The notes below the pieces were generated by a model. The model worked only from the letters and a program-made list of their open reading frames with translations, did no database searches and had not been told where the DNA came from. Shown here piece by piece: positions 1 through 13,829 of a stretch of 64,000 nt of DNA. The stretch covers positions 96,410,001-96,474,000 of the forward strand of contig JBITNC010000001.1 of the NCBI GenBank assembly GCA_050084985.1. Reading direction: 5' to 3'. Both the position numbers and the translations under genes were made by a program. The DNA is from Nageia nagi. Its lineage: Eukaryota; Plantae; Pinophyta. Numbering within the stretch: the first letter of the stretch is position 1; every line of letters begins with the position of its first letter.

Positions 1-489
1 ATATAGTTTCAATCAATCATACAAATGATGCCTTGGGGTAATTTAGCTTAATTCTTAGACATCACACATAAATCATATCTTTTAGAATAATTATAGCTCA
101 ACACCAAAATAATTATAATGCCAAAAATACTATGAGGCTTAATGCCTATGATACCTTGCACGTATATGCTAACATGATCTTCTATGCTAGTGTTTCTACA
201 ACAAATCAAATAGTTCATCAAAGGTAAGTACATGTATTGGTTTCTATTCTCTTACCTTCATATACACATTCATAATTCACTTTTATCATGCTTAATCATT
301 TGCTTGATACATCATGTCCTTGTTGGGTGGACGTTAAATAACCATCACTATTTTATAATCACTTGATTGGAATTACATCAACCATTTTCTTGGGTTAGCT
401 TAGTTATTTGAACTAAACTAACCATCATTATAATGGACACATTATCATTGGTGCTATAATCATTCATGGTTGGGAAACAAACTAATAAT

Positions 490-630
490 CTTTGATTCAC
501 ATTTGCTAGTTGGTTCTCAACTAACCTCTAATATCATCTTTGAGTTACTTTTGTTGGTTGGATCTCAACTAAACTCCATTAGAATATTTGAGTTACCTTT
601 GTTGGTTGGATCTCAATTAACCATAATCAT
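490..630. repeat. 48-bp tandem repeat, about 3 copies
   Basis: TTTGAGTTAC at 539 and 587; TTG(T/C)T(G/A)GTTGG(A/T)TCTCAA(C/T)TAA x3. ORF 470..739 shows LLVGSQL three times. Confidence 0.85.
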
Positions 631-1504
631 GCTAGTTCATTTGTTGCATCTAGGAATGGACATGTATCTCATGACAATGTTCACATATATGGTTATGATT
701 ACATGTGTTCCATCTAGGAATGGGGCATGTACCCCATGATGATGTGGACACACCCTTATCATAATGTTATATTATGCATATTAGAATGAAATAATAACTA
801 TTTATATATTTAGTATTCTCAAGATGCTGTATGTATATTATACTAATTTCATCCTTGCTTCATTAACAACTATATCATTTGCAATGAAATGTTATGATGT
901 TTACTCTTATTATCATTGCTATGTCTTTTATGAGTTAACCATCATATATGTGCTTGGAATTTTTTTATTTTGTCTCTCTGATTTATAGGTTATTCTTTGC
1001 TCTTGATTGATTCTACTTCATGCAAGCCATTACATATCATAACCAAGGAAAAGAGGGGGTAATATACATCATCATTCCTTGATGATTCAAATAGTTATAC
1101 AACTAAATTAGGGAAGTATCAAATTTTGATTCTCTTTACCTTTACTTATTTTGTAAGCATAATGTCATTTCAAAATTCAATTTCATCATACTTACAAAGT
1201 GGGACATTTTTTGACACCTAAAAGTGGTCCCCTTAACATGTTCATACTTAGGTGTAACATTACATACATGTTTAATCATACTTTATCATATTTCAATCAT
1301 ATTTTACCTTATTATCACATATTTATTAGGTTGTATCTTATTTTTATGTTAGGTATACTGGGATAACTTCAACCTTCATACAAGGGGTCAAATGGTTATA
1401 TCACGCATGATATAAATGTAAGTATCTCTAACTTGGGGAAAGCATATCAAGATTACATCTTGATAGCCAATACCCTACACTTGGGTATTTATAAATGCTA
1501 CCTA

Positions 1505-1578
1505 TTGAGATTGGAATCTTATTATCACTTGAGAAAATACTTGTTGAGATTGGAATCTTATTATCACTTGAGAAAATA
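1505..1578. repeat. 39-bp direct duplication inside the putative LTR
   Basis: TTGAGATTGGAATCTTATTATCACTTGAGAAAATA at 1505 and 1544. Confidence 0.9.
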
Positions 1579-2050
1579 TCTATCATCCATCTTCATGATC
1601 ATATTATTGGTTCAACTTATTGACATCTCTACTATTATGAATCCTTATTGGTGAATCTCATACCTTTGGAATACTAGAGCTTGCACTGAACTCTTGAAAC
1701 CTAGCACCTATGTTGAGATTCCTTCTACTGTTAGTTGTAGGGTTTGTAGATCAAGATCATCTCTCTTTGATAAATTTATCTTGTATAAACTGAGCTTTGA
1801 CATAAGTACATATATGTATTTATCTTACACTTGATTCCATGTCTTTAGTTCATGCATTCATTTTGTATCTTGACATCAATATAATTCATAATTTTTTATT
1901 ACACGACTATACTCTTTATTACTTCTTATTCATGTATGTTTATTTAAGTTAAATAGCATATATATTACATATCAAAATGTTTATGTGTATTTAGTTCATT
2001 TAGGCCAAGACCCTAGGTGTACCAAAATACATATCAACAATACCAAAATA

Positions 2051-2542
2051 TGTAATTAAGACTAAAAAACTTAATTCCTATATGCCCAAGATTATATGAA
2101 AGCTCTATCAAACATCAATACTCAAAGCATAAATAATCTCATAAATTGATACCAATGTAAAGTGGTTCCTCCAAATATGGGCGTACATCCACTAACTAAA
2201 ATCCATCTCATTCACAAAGACAAATCTCTTACAAGACCTCTTTTTTCCTTTTCTAACACTAATCCTAGAGCATAAGTTTGCTTCAACTTTTGGTGTGTAA
2301 TTTCAAGGAGAAGGAATTCTATTTATAGGCTAAAATCCTCCCTTTGATCACTCTTTTAACCATTGTACAAAGACATGATATTCTTCACCCTTTTACCCAA
2401 GGGGCATGCTCATGAGGAGTGTAGGACAAGTTACATTATTGTATTCACTTAAATACTTAAATTATCTAGGGATGCCTTTAAGTATTGGTGAATTTATAAT
2501 AAAAACTTTATAAAACCTTACAATAATGCATTATACATTACA
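2051..2542 (-). mobile_element. Solo LTR related to the LTRs of the Copia element at 41778-49135
   Basis: Termini TGTAA...TTACA; flanks AAATA/AAAAA (TSD with 1 mismatch). The reverse complement aligns along its length with 41778-42278 (e.g. AATGCATTATTG, CTCATGAGCATGCCCC, TTATGCTCTAGGAT, GTTAGTGGATGTAC, GGAACCACTTTA). Confidence 0.85.
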
Positions 2543-4540
2543 AAAAAGGACACAATGAATAAGATCAATATATTTATACTTGAAATAATGATGTAGGGTA
2601 GATGGAATAAAATGCATGTGATGGATCCATGGGTGACCAAGGATAAGGTTGTGATGCAAACTTCCTTCAATGACATAACAAAGTAATTTTAGTATTTTGT
2701 TTTCAATGGAAATAAAAAGGATGACCATGCCAAGGATAGGATAAGGAGTCTCATTAAAGGCTCTTAAGGTGGTATTTGGTTGTGTAGTAATATCAATGGG
2801 TTTATTTTAATCTTCAAGGAAATAGATGAATATGAAATTTATACTTGACCTATTATCTATGAGGACTCTATAAATTACCCATTGATATCAATGACAATGT
2901 AAAGTGGTATATGATTTTCATTTGGTGAGATGGAGGAAGGAATTTCTATAAAAGTAATGTTTGGTTTGGCTGAATGATGTAGGATACCAATAAAGTTGAC
3001 AAAGACTCATAATTTGCACCTCTTTTAAACTCAATGGTTTGCAAGTATTATGTCAAAGATTTATGGTTTTGTAGTGAAGTATGTATGAGGTAATAAAGAG
3101 GTATCTTAGTAGGTGTAACCCTAGGTTATCTCATGATCATAGAATGGGTGAAAAATATGGTCAAACCTTGATTCTAATTTGAATTGTATCCTAGATAAGG
3201 ATAGTAGGAAGGAGGTGCAGATGTCTAAATCAACTGAGAAGGCTAACCAAGATTCTATGGAGCATGACCATGATGAAAATCATTATGCTATTCGAGTGGA
3301 TCTTGGTGATATCACCTATTTCTTATGGTGATATATATTGCACCTATGAAATTTTATCAAGGGATAGGAGGATTAATGAGGTTTGTTTGATTTGGAGGTA
3401 GAACATTCTAATTTGTTAGTTGATTATTGGTGTGTTTAGGTAATGGATGGAAAAATATGTCAAGCGATTGATTGGCTATTGGTTTATATAGATTTATTTT
3501 ACTACTATCAATGAGATATTGGATGACATGGAATTATCCTTCACAATAATTGGTATCATGAATTTAAATTATATGGTATGCACAAAACTCTCCATCTTTA
3601 TACCAATTTAGTTTTGGTTTAGAGGGATATTCAAGATGGATTGGTGTAAGAGAATGGTGTTGTATTGAATGATCTTTTCAAGAATGGAGGCTAATGGTTC
3701 ATTAAGGGGTATCCAATGATAGTCTTAAGTATGAGTAAACCAAGATTGAGGTCAAGGAGCATATTGAGTTCAGGTTTGATTAGATTCTTGATGGTTTTAA
3801 TGAGGTTAATGAGGAGGATGTGGTTGAATTTGGGCCTGACCTTGACCATCTTTGAATACTATGGTATCGACTTGGTTTACGAGATTAGGTAGGTCCTCTT
3901 TCCTATAAGGGAATTTGGTATGTTGAAACTTTTGATTATTGGAATGGAGTTTAAGTTTATTTTCTTCAATTGCTAAGGTTTATAACTTGTGAGCCATGGT
4001 GAGGGCTTTTCTTCATCAAAACAACAAAAGGTTTGTACTTGAAAGGTTGAGGATATATGCTTAGCATAATACCTTGCAAATAGGTTGATCAGTTCTTCTT
4101 TGGGAAGATAAAAGGTGAGTTCATTGATCAAGGATCTCCACTTTGACACAAAGTTAAAAATAGAATCATCATCATATTTCTTGATGGCATACAAGTTTAT
4201 GATGGAGGATTTCTTTGTTATATTGATGGAGAAGTGTTCCAAGGATATGGAAGCTAAATGACTAAAGGAATAGATGGAATGGTGTGGTAGGTTATTATAC
4301 TAGTCAAGCACTTTATCAGATAGGGAAATTAGTAATGAATGGAATATAAGAGCATCATCATGGTTGATAAGGTGACATGCATAACAAAATGTTCTTAAGT
4401 GATTTTGGGGATCTTCCTTTCCTTTTAATTTATTAAACTTAGGCATTTTCCAATGGATAGGATAAGAGTGTATGGGGATAGATAAGTGGACAGATTCATT
4501 ACAAATTTGTTTATATGAGGGTTTTGGATAGCAATCCAAA
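2543..4540 (-). pseudogene. Degenerate Gypsy gag-aspartic protease
   Basis: WKMPKFNKLKGKEDPQNHL (4300..4539), SIFNFVSKWRSL (3973..4242), RVLIDNRSSINFI (~2835-2870) and HNLILGHPWIHHMHFIPSTLH (2531..2728). Many stops and frameshifts. Confidence 0.85.
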
Positions 4541-5947
4541 CTTTAGATCTCAAGATTTTGATTTTTTCCAAAAGGATTTAGATAATTCCATCTTGAGAAC
4601 TAGGTTGAGGATTCCACAAAGGTTGATTGACAATGTAAGGTATGTATTATATAGGGATAGTGGAAGCATGAATATTGGTATAAGTAATGTGTCAAGAATA
4701 AGTGGTTGAGGTTTTGATATAGCATGAGAAATTTATTATTGCAAGGAATGAATGATTGGTTGTTAAATGGAATGAACAATTAGCTATTATATAAGATAAG
4801 GGATTGGTTGAACTTGAAATGGATTTAAGTGAAGGATGTTTATAGATTGAGAAGAAATGGTATGAATAGCTATATTGGCCAATTCTTGACTAAGTATCTA
4901 TACAGTAAGTGAGGGGAGTCCTTGAGAAGGTTGAACCCATATTTTGAAAAGGGAGATAGACTACAAAGAAATAGGTTATGGTAAGGTACTACTTACACTC
5001 AAAATAATAGTGGAGGTTAGGTTGATTGAAGAGGTAGGTTGGATGGTTAAGGATAATGTAAACACCAAAGTAGTAAAGGATTATGGCTACAAAATATAGA
5101 AGATTGAATATTTTTGTTGCAAAGGAATAATTTGTGGGCTAACTAAAGTGGTTGAGGTTCCTATTAAGGAATACAAATGACTTGTTTCATGGAAGGAATT
5201 ACACTAATGGGACTATATCTTGAGGGAGTAAATAAGGGATTTGAATGGAGGTTAGGGATATGGACACCTCTAGTTTGTAGGTAATGGGTTAAGGCTTCAA
5301 GATTAGAATGTAAGACCTCTTCAAAGGCTTGTTATTCTTGGGAATAGAGTCAAACATCTATTTATAGACAATCCCATCAGGGGCTCTAGAAGATAATTGG
5401 TGTGAAAGCAAATATTGGAAAGGTATGCATGACTAGAATAGATTCATAGACCTCTTATAGTTATCATTAATGCCTAGTATTAACCATCAACTCTTCCTTG
5501 AACATGAAAGGAATATTGAAGCTATGTACCTATATTTGGCTTATGTGTGGCTTTTAAAAAGGATGCAAAGTTCTAACTACCATCAACTAGAAATAGTAAT
5601 AATAATTTTAAAAGTAACTACTTACCATATGATAACAATAATAAGCAATCCTATATGCTCTTTTTATGTAGCCTATATGATTATTATTTTCCAAGAGTGA
5701 TTCTAGTCAAGTGTTTTAGATGAGGTAGGATGTTATTCTATAGGATGAGTTTATTATACTTTCATCAATATCCTCATTTACATAACTTACAATGAGCATA
5801 GTGATTGACTATTATATGTGGAGAATCCCTGCAATCACATGCAATCACCCATGATCCTAAGGAGTGTAAGGATCCCTTTGGGGCTAATCAACCCAAGTGA
5901 TAGATGAAAATTGATGACTAAATGGCTACCTATAGATAGTTTTAGCT

Positions 5948-6076
5948 TAGAGAGAAAGATCATCCTCTATATATCGTTTAGTACATGAAGCTCGATTCCA
6001 TTAGGGTAAGTAGAGAGAAAGATAATCCTCTATATAGCTTTTAGTATGTGAGGCTTGATTCCATCAAGGTAAGTAG
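5948..6076. repeat. 63-bp tandem duplication in the 5' UTR
   Basis: TAGAGAGAAAGAT(C/A)ATCCTCTATATA...GGTAAGTAG at 5948 and 6011. Confidence 0.85.
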
Positions 6077-6874
6077 GTCATAAGCTTGGGTATTAGGGCC
6101 TTCACCCTCACTTCACCATATGGAGTATAAGGGTCTCAAGGTTTTATCAGTCAAAAATCTCATCTCCTCTTATTTATAGTCATATGGAATAATAAGTTTC
6201 CCCACTTTTAATGCATTCATAGGTAGGGTGTGTTAAAGAAAGAAAGAGAAGGATGGTATGCAACTATATGTAAGTAGAACTAAAATCCCACCCAAGATTA
6301 GAAAAAAAAAGGAAGTAAAACTAGACTAAGTCCCAACATGATTACTAGAAATGTAAGATAAATAAATGTAGTCCTTTTACAACATGAAATAACTAAGCAT
6401 CTATCCTAATGTAAAAGAACATGGGATTCATTTACTAAGAATTACCTATTTGATCATGCTTATTGAGTTCTTCTAGTCTTTACATAAGATATAACTCTAT
6501 AACCTATAACTTATGCATAAGAAAACAAGGATATGATTAAATGTACCTGCATGATTTAAGGAGATTCCTAGGTCTAGGAAAGATTGATTCTTCCTCATAA
6601 GATGGTAAATTCGCTAAACGTATTCAAAGTATGAATAAACAAAAGTGATAAAAAGATGAAAACCAATAGTAAAATAATAATAAAAAGATGAAAATAGTGA
6701 TTCAAATACAAAATATGGTTTACTTATAGCAAAATAACATGAAATGCAGTGCAATAACTTAAGTGCAAGTATTGTAGGAAGAGGGATAATGAGCTTGGCA
6801 CAATAGTAGGTGGCACAATGCTCAAGAGTATATGTAGATGAATATAGAGCTTAGACCTTACACCAATGCCCTGA

Positions 6875-7572
6875 TGTAAAGAGGGCCAAGCTTTATTGGT
6901 TGAGACCTCAAAATGATGAACTTTATCCCAATAATTGAGAGATAAAATCCATAAAATATCTCCTAAGAAAATCCTCAAGAATGTAAGAATAACTACTCAA
7001 AGAAATACTCAAAAGATGTTCAAATACAAGAAGAATAGAATGATTACAAATTATGAAAATTACCTAGACTAGGCCTCTATTTATAACTAAAGGAGAAGTA
7101 ACTCTACCATTAGATATAGTGGCAAGATGGTCAAGTAAGATGAAAGGGAAAAGATGATGGTTACAAAATGACTACAACCCTTGATCGAGATCAAAATAAA
7201 TGGTTAAGATTGATGCATCACATTTTGACATGGATTGACTTGAAGTGCTATTTAATGTATGAAATGTGGATGAATAACATATGCATGATGAGAAAAGGGA
7301 GTGCCGAATCATATGTAGCACACACACATGGATGGTTGTGATAATGTATCATGTATAGGTATGGATCAAGCCTAAGCACATACAATCAAGGGAAATGAAT
7401 GACTCAGATTGGTTCAATGAGTAAATAATCATGGTTGATGGTTATGAGGTGGGTTATTCATAATTTAAGGGGTGTTAATGATAAATTAGGCCAAATTAAT
7501 CTAAATTATCATAATTAAATATGGTTTAGGGGTATTTTAATGTTAAAACTATGTCTTTTTTAGGTGTCTACA
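6875..7572 (-). repeat. Probable 5' LTR of the minus-strand Gypsy element
   Basis: On the minus strand it begins TGTAGACACCTAAAA and ends ...CCCTCTTTACA, with TATAAATAG at ~7076-7085. No clear PBS and no partner LTR. Confidence 0.55.
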
Positions 7573-9379
7573 GGTCTATAAGTAATATCTTATGACTTTG
7601 GAATGGAATTATCTACTATTTTTTTGCATTGAAAATGATTAAATAGAAGATTATTATTATATTAAGAATGTAGATAATTATGGTAACATTTTTGTTTTGT
7701 AGGATTCAGGTGATGCTTATAGGAGTTGAGTGCTTGACCATCCATGAAGTACTTGGTTAAAGTGTGAGTATGTGACCTTAATCTATAGAAGGTTCATTTT
7801 GGTATAACACTTATTAATCTTGAAAATAATTAATGATTTATATTACATTCTCATTATTACATACATTGCATAATGATATCTCTTACATTAAAACCTAGAA
7901 CAATTTCATTTGACCCTAGGACCTAAGTGCACCAATCAAATTGCACCCAAGAGAGTCCAATAAATCATAAATGATTTAAGTTACATGAGGTGATTTTCTT
8001 CAAGTATTAATGATTAGGCCTACATTGATAATTTTATTAATAACATTAGGAGTGAGCCATAAATTTATGTATCTAAAAATATACCTATACAAAAAAGAAA
8101 ATACCACATTGTTACTATTTAATAAATTATATTTATTATATAACAATACTAAACCTAAATTAAATTAAACTTAAGTTACTAAAATAATAATCCCTAAAAT
8201 TAATCATACAAGTAGGAAATAGAAAAATAGGAAAAAAAAAAATTTCATTTTTCAAAGTGTGTAAGCAGGTAGAAAAACCTAGGAGAGAAAATAGGGTTTC
8301 TTGTGAACCCTTGATCTCATAATATATTAAATGGATAGGATTTTCCTAGATTCCAAAATGGTTTCCAAATTGTTTTAGGGAATAAGAATGATGGAAAAAG
8401 TCATGTATGGAGGAAAATAAATAGAGGAATAGTTGTAATAATTATTATGCTCCCATTTCTCACCTAGGTTCATAAATTTGGAAGAAACTTCATAGGGTTT
8501 CAATCCAGGTTTCATCATGAGATCACCAATAGTTTTTAGAGCTTCCTTTGGTAAATGGAAGGTTTCCTAGGAAAACCAATGCATAAAAGAGGCTATAAAT
8601 TTTTCTCAAAGGGATTTCTTCAAATTAGAGGAGTAGAAGAAGAATACAAGGTGAGACATAATGGGTATAATAATTTGGGAAGAAAGAAGAGAGAGGAAAT
8701 ACTTTAGAAGATCAAGTATTGAGATTTGAAAAATTGACTTTGTAGGTATTTTACATCCTTCTATATAGAATGAAAATGTTAGAAAACATGTTTGTAATCC
8801 ATGCTTGTATAATGTCTAAATTTTGCTATTTTTAATGGGTATTAATACTTTCTTTAGATGATGATATTATAATTCATAGAGTGTAGTTTTACTCTAACAA
8901 TTACATTTATTAAAAATCTTTAGAGCCTTCCTAAAAAATCCCTTTATGCACATCGATTGATTTTTGCATCCCATAATATTATAGTCAAAATTAGTTTTGT
9001 ATTCACATGCTACAATCAATATAAGGTATTAATAGTGGTAGAAATAGATGGCCTAAAGACCACCTTTTCTCCCTCCCTTCTTAAAGGATATGGTTCTTGT
9101 TGCATGCATTTTCATAGTAATAAAATCTTATCATTACCCACAAAAATTATAACCTCCATACCAATATGAACATCACTCTCATACAATTATGATATGGTTG
9201 GTTGAAAGACAAAAAGCAAATTTTGTTACTACTCTTACGGTATTCAAAATATACCTTACTTTGTAGATAAGTATTGCCAACATTACCACTAGAAGAAGCC
9301 ATGAGTTTTGACTATATGATTAAATAAGATATTTTCATAATGTATGATGATTTCTAGACCATGGATATCCTCACTAGGA

Positions 9380-10300
9380 AGTGAAACTATCTTACCATTT
9401 TCAACAAACAACTATAGGATCCCTTCAACATTTTTGTCAAATGATTCATAACCCATTCAAATACCCATTTTGTGTGAATGCTGCAACTTGTAAAATAATT
9501 AATCAAACCCCCTTATTATATAAAACAAGTGCATATTGATGGATAATTTTTCAAATAAATTATCATCCCTTTTACTATTGGAGTATTTTAACAAATACTT
9601 CACATGCCCTTTCAACAAATTCACATATTCTAAGTTCGTAGCAGTCTATGAGACTTTGTTTGCATCTTATGTCTTGTAATTTTTTTTATGAACCTTGAGT
9701 AATGTATCATGTATTGCATACATGTATTTAATAAATACATAAACATAATTTTCAATGAGAATTCATTTTTAATTACTCTTGGATGGATGTCTAGACATTC
9801 CTTTAGAATCTTCACGATGGCACATACTAGAGAATTGGTATTAAAAGAAGTAGGGATTCTATTTATGCTTGAATCATTTCATATATTTTAAATTCATCAG
9901 AGTTTTTTAGGAAATCCATTATGTGAACCTTGTAACCTATAAAATCATGACTACATCATGTATGTTGTCAACAACTTCTGGCCTTATATATATACTCCTA
10001 TATTATGTAATTCACGAGCCCTTACATCTATTTGAAAACATGCTATTGACAATGTGATTGCATTTATATCAGGCATTTTATTAAAGAATTCATAGTATTT
10101 TTTTTTTATCTTGTACATATTGCATTCTCTTCCACTATATTAAAAATATATCGATTTGGTAAACATAATATCCACCACTATAATGCATAGGAAATAACCT
10201 TCCTCTTTTGTTAAACAAATACAGGTCCTTTCATTTTGTGCATACTCTACAACATGCCTTTGATAATAATTCTATCAAACACTTACAATCCATTTCAAAG
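9380..10300 (-). pseudogene. Possible highly decayed CACTA/EnSpm-like transposase fragment
   Basis: The minus frame at ~9420-9540 reads SINMHLFYIIRGLINYFTSCSIHTKWVFEWVMNHLTKML, resembling the N-x-H-L...W-x-F-E motif of EnSpm-type transposases. The rest is ambiguous. Confidence 0.3.
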
Positions 10301-13300
10301 CACATTGATGAGTTATTTTATCAAACAAATAGTAGACTCTTTTAACATATTGTGTCTTTCATTTGTTAAACACATGTTGTAGGAACCTATGAGTATACGA
10401 CTACTATCATATTGCAACCAAGTTTATTTGCATAATTGTTACAAAGGATATTATTGTAAGGATTATAAACTAATTCTATAATAAAGGATATAATTAAGGA
10501 GATTATTCACAATACATAGCAATGCAATATCTACAAATTCTTGCACAATAATATGGTCCATGTTTATAGGAAGTAAGGAAACCATGTTCCCTTTTATTGT
10601 CTAAAAAGTATTGAATAATTATACAATATGGTTAATTGTTAACATTTCATTAACAATTAAAAGTGAATGTATACATATAGTTATGGGGAATTTGTGAAAG
10701 CCTTGTATTAGGGAATTATGGTATTAAACTAGTCTTCAAGAATCTTATATGAATGTAGAGTGTAGAGATAGTGAAAGAATTGTAGTAATTGTAAAAAAGA
10801 AGAAGAAATTATTGAAGGAATTAGACAATAATCAATGGAAAATAAATGTTAGAGAAAGGTTTTTAAATAATCAATGATTTTAAGAGATAATACAAACTCT
10901 TAACTATACTTTTCTCTATCATTTTGAGCAATCCTTGATTAGATGCATGTGTATGTTACATTGACCCTCTAGGCCTAAACTCTATAATTCTTATAGGTTG
11001 ATTTTGAACTATCCATGGATAAAATACCAAGAATTATTAGGTGGAATTATATAATGTTATATTTATATGCATAATATTATTTTCTATTTGATTTATGAAT
11101 TCAAATTTCATTTAAATTGCTTCTAAGGACAAAAATTGAAAGGTTAGTTGCAAAATGGAATTTTGGACTAAATTGATAAATGATACTACTATCTTAAACT
11201 TTAGGGATATAAAATAATTAAAAAGTGTTGAAATTTTTTGAGTAGGATATAAACCACATAAGATTATTACAATTAAAAAAATATGCAAAACTGATCCAAA
11301 AGAGAAAGTTACAAGTTTTGTAATATTATATTGTATATGATAGTTTAGGATGTTTGACTGAGTTAGGTTAGTACAAAGATAAAATGGAGGATGTATAATT
11401 TTCCAAATGGGATGAAATTTAAATAGTATATTATACACATAAAAATTCACCTATAATTAAAAAATAACATAAATCAGATTTGTAAAATCAAAATTATAAG
11501 CTCTCCAAGTTGACTATTCTATGTATGATAATTTTGGAGAGCGAGACAATTCGATATTGAAGCTTCAAAATAAATATTTTGAAATTTGTTTTGTGATGAA
11601 TATAATTAATCTAAGGTGGAATTATAAATATCATTTCTTACTATATAATATCAATATAATCCATACCATGTCATATTAATTTATAGTTAGCATAATTTAG
11701 GGATGCATATAATCCTAGTATTATTAATATTTTTGCAATTGATATCAACAATTATACTTGGAATTCATAATAATTTATTCATACCAAGGAAAAGAGGATT
11801 TATATGACCTGAAGGAGGTTAATTCCAAGTTATGGTTTCTATAAGAAGAATATTTTTAACCAAGTCTAAAATAAGATCATTATTGCACTAGTATTATCTT
11901 ACATATTTATCTTCAAATTTATTATCATCACACATTTTGCATAAACTTCATGATGTCATAAGAAATTGAAGAAGAATTTCACTTTGTATACTATATATTG
12001 GGATACTTATTTATGAGAATCTACATGGAGATGTATAAGTCACCTCTTATCAAGTTTTCATAGTGGTTCTATGAGAAGGATAATATTGTATTATCTTACA
12101 TTGATTTGTATATTTGGTTAGAGTTTTATATTCTTTAGCCAACAAAGGGGACATTGGATTAATAATATCCTTGTATAGAGGACCATTTTAAGGTTGGTTA
12201 TTGATTCTCAAAGAGGAATGTATGTGAAATATCCCAATAAATCAATGTAAATACATAAATAGATCTAATGAATTGGAAACCATCATTTGAGAGTGGATGT
12301 ACCTTGAAGCAAGGGGAACTACTATAATTTACTAGATTTTATCATTTTATGTATGGTTCTTCTTTAATTTTAGTTTTATCTCATTTCAATTATGTTCCCA
12401 TTCAATTTAATAATGTGTATTTAATGTGTGATGCTATTGCAATGTGGATAAGATTATGGAATAATAGGTTGGATCTATAGAATTTCATGTATCATATTGA
12501 TTTATGATTATGTGGTCTTGATATTTTATAGTATATTCAAAATGATGGGTGATTATGTTTTGAATGATAAATTCTATTCAACAATATGAACATGTGAATA
12601 GTTATTGTTTGGTTGAACAAATGTAATTGGAATGTTATTGCATTTGACAATACTCTCTTGAAAAACTAATTTTGTATATCATCTCATTAAGAGTGATGTG
12701 TATGACTTTCACTTGTATAATCATTTACATCATTGGTTACATTCTAAAATAAACAAGGATATATTTATATTGCAATTTTCATTAGGAGAATTAGTTAAAA
12801 TATTTCATGATTGATAAAGAATGGGCATGTAATATTTATAGTTTATATAACATTTATATTATATAATTCATTATGAGTTAGATTATATGTTTACATGCAA
12901 GTAAATAAAGGCTTATTCTTTTGGAATCAATGAACTAAAGGAGTTATGGGTGCTTATTAGAGATGGATACAATGTGTTAAGATCATCTAACTATATGACC
13001 ATAAATCATTTTGGAAATAATAACAAGTGAGCATAAAATCACACTAAATATTTGAGATGCTCAACATACAAGGAGGATGGCTAAGGGACCATAGGGTTTA
13101 GTCTCCCATATTTTCAATATGAAAATGAAATTAAGGTCTATGAAAATATTTAATACACCATAATGAAAATGAAGGTTATAAGCACTTAGAAGTGTCTCGA
13201 GTAATCATTTAACATATAAAAAATGAACAAGTAAGTCAATATTTGAAGTTTGAATAAGTATCATCTCTTAGCAAGGGTCACTAGATTAAATTTAGGATTA

Positions 13301-13829
13301 TCATTATTTGATCTTTCTTTTAAACTAAGGTTACTATCAACATACAATAAAAATGAATTGTAATCTAATAAACATGGATTGCTAAGTATCATTTATTGTG
13401 TGTAGCAACATATTGAGGGTGCTTATGATGCTAGCATATTCCAAAATTCAAAAAAATAATTTAATGTGGTTATAAGTGGGATGATACACAAACTTGGATT
13501 GGTGACAATATAGGTGGAAAAATTAACAATGGGGATCATCCAATCCACAATGGATCTAAAATCAATAAAATCAACCTAATTAGAATATAAATAATCAACA
13601 TATGTAAGGGAAGATAAGATGGAGTGCAAATAATTAGAAATAAGCCCTATTTTTAGGACTTGCAAATAATCAACAATAAGCCCCTATCCAATAAGCACCA
13701 AAGAAACTTGTCCTCCTAGCAAAACCTATTCCAAACCCTAATAATAATAGATAAGTTGCAATGCCTATCTATCAGATAGATTAAGAAGACACTCTATCAG
13801 TGAATGCTAATAGTGTAATTAAATACAAT

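Larger units (their letters stand above)
1..2039 (+). mobile_element. 3' UTR plus probable 3' LTR (~1209-2039) of a Tat/Ogre-like Ty3/Gypsy element entering from outside the window
   Basis: AAAGTGGGACA (PPT-like) at ~1196 is followed by TTTTGACACCTAAAA, a decayed TGTAGACACCTAAAA LTR start (the same motif occurs inverted at 7558-7572). TATAAAT lies at ~1490 and the end reads ...ATCAACA at 2039. The upstream UTR carries tandem repeats. No partner LTR is in the window. Confidence 0.45.
2543..7572 (-). mobile_element. Tat/Ogre-like Ty3/Gypsy element, 5' part (LTR, long 5' UTR, gag, protease), interrupted after the protease
   Basis: Minus-strand gag and protease motifs, plus an LTR-like block at 6875-7572. 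Confidence 0.7.

Noticed and set aside
11100-13460. LTR/5' UTR of the Athila-like relic
   Set aside because: The composition is LTR-like, but no partner copy, PBS or TSD could be identified.
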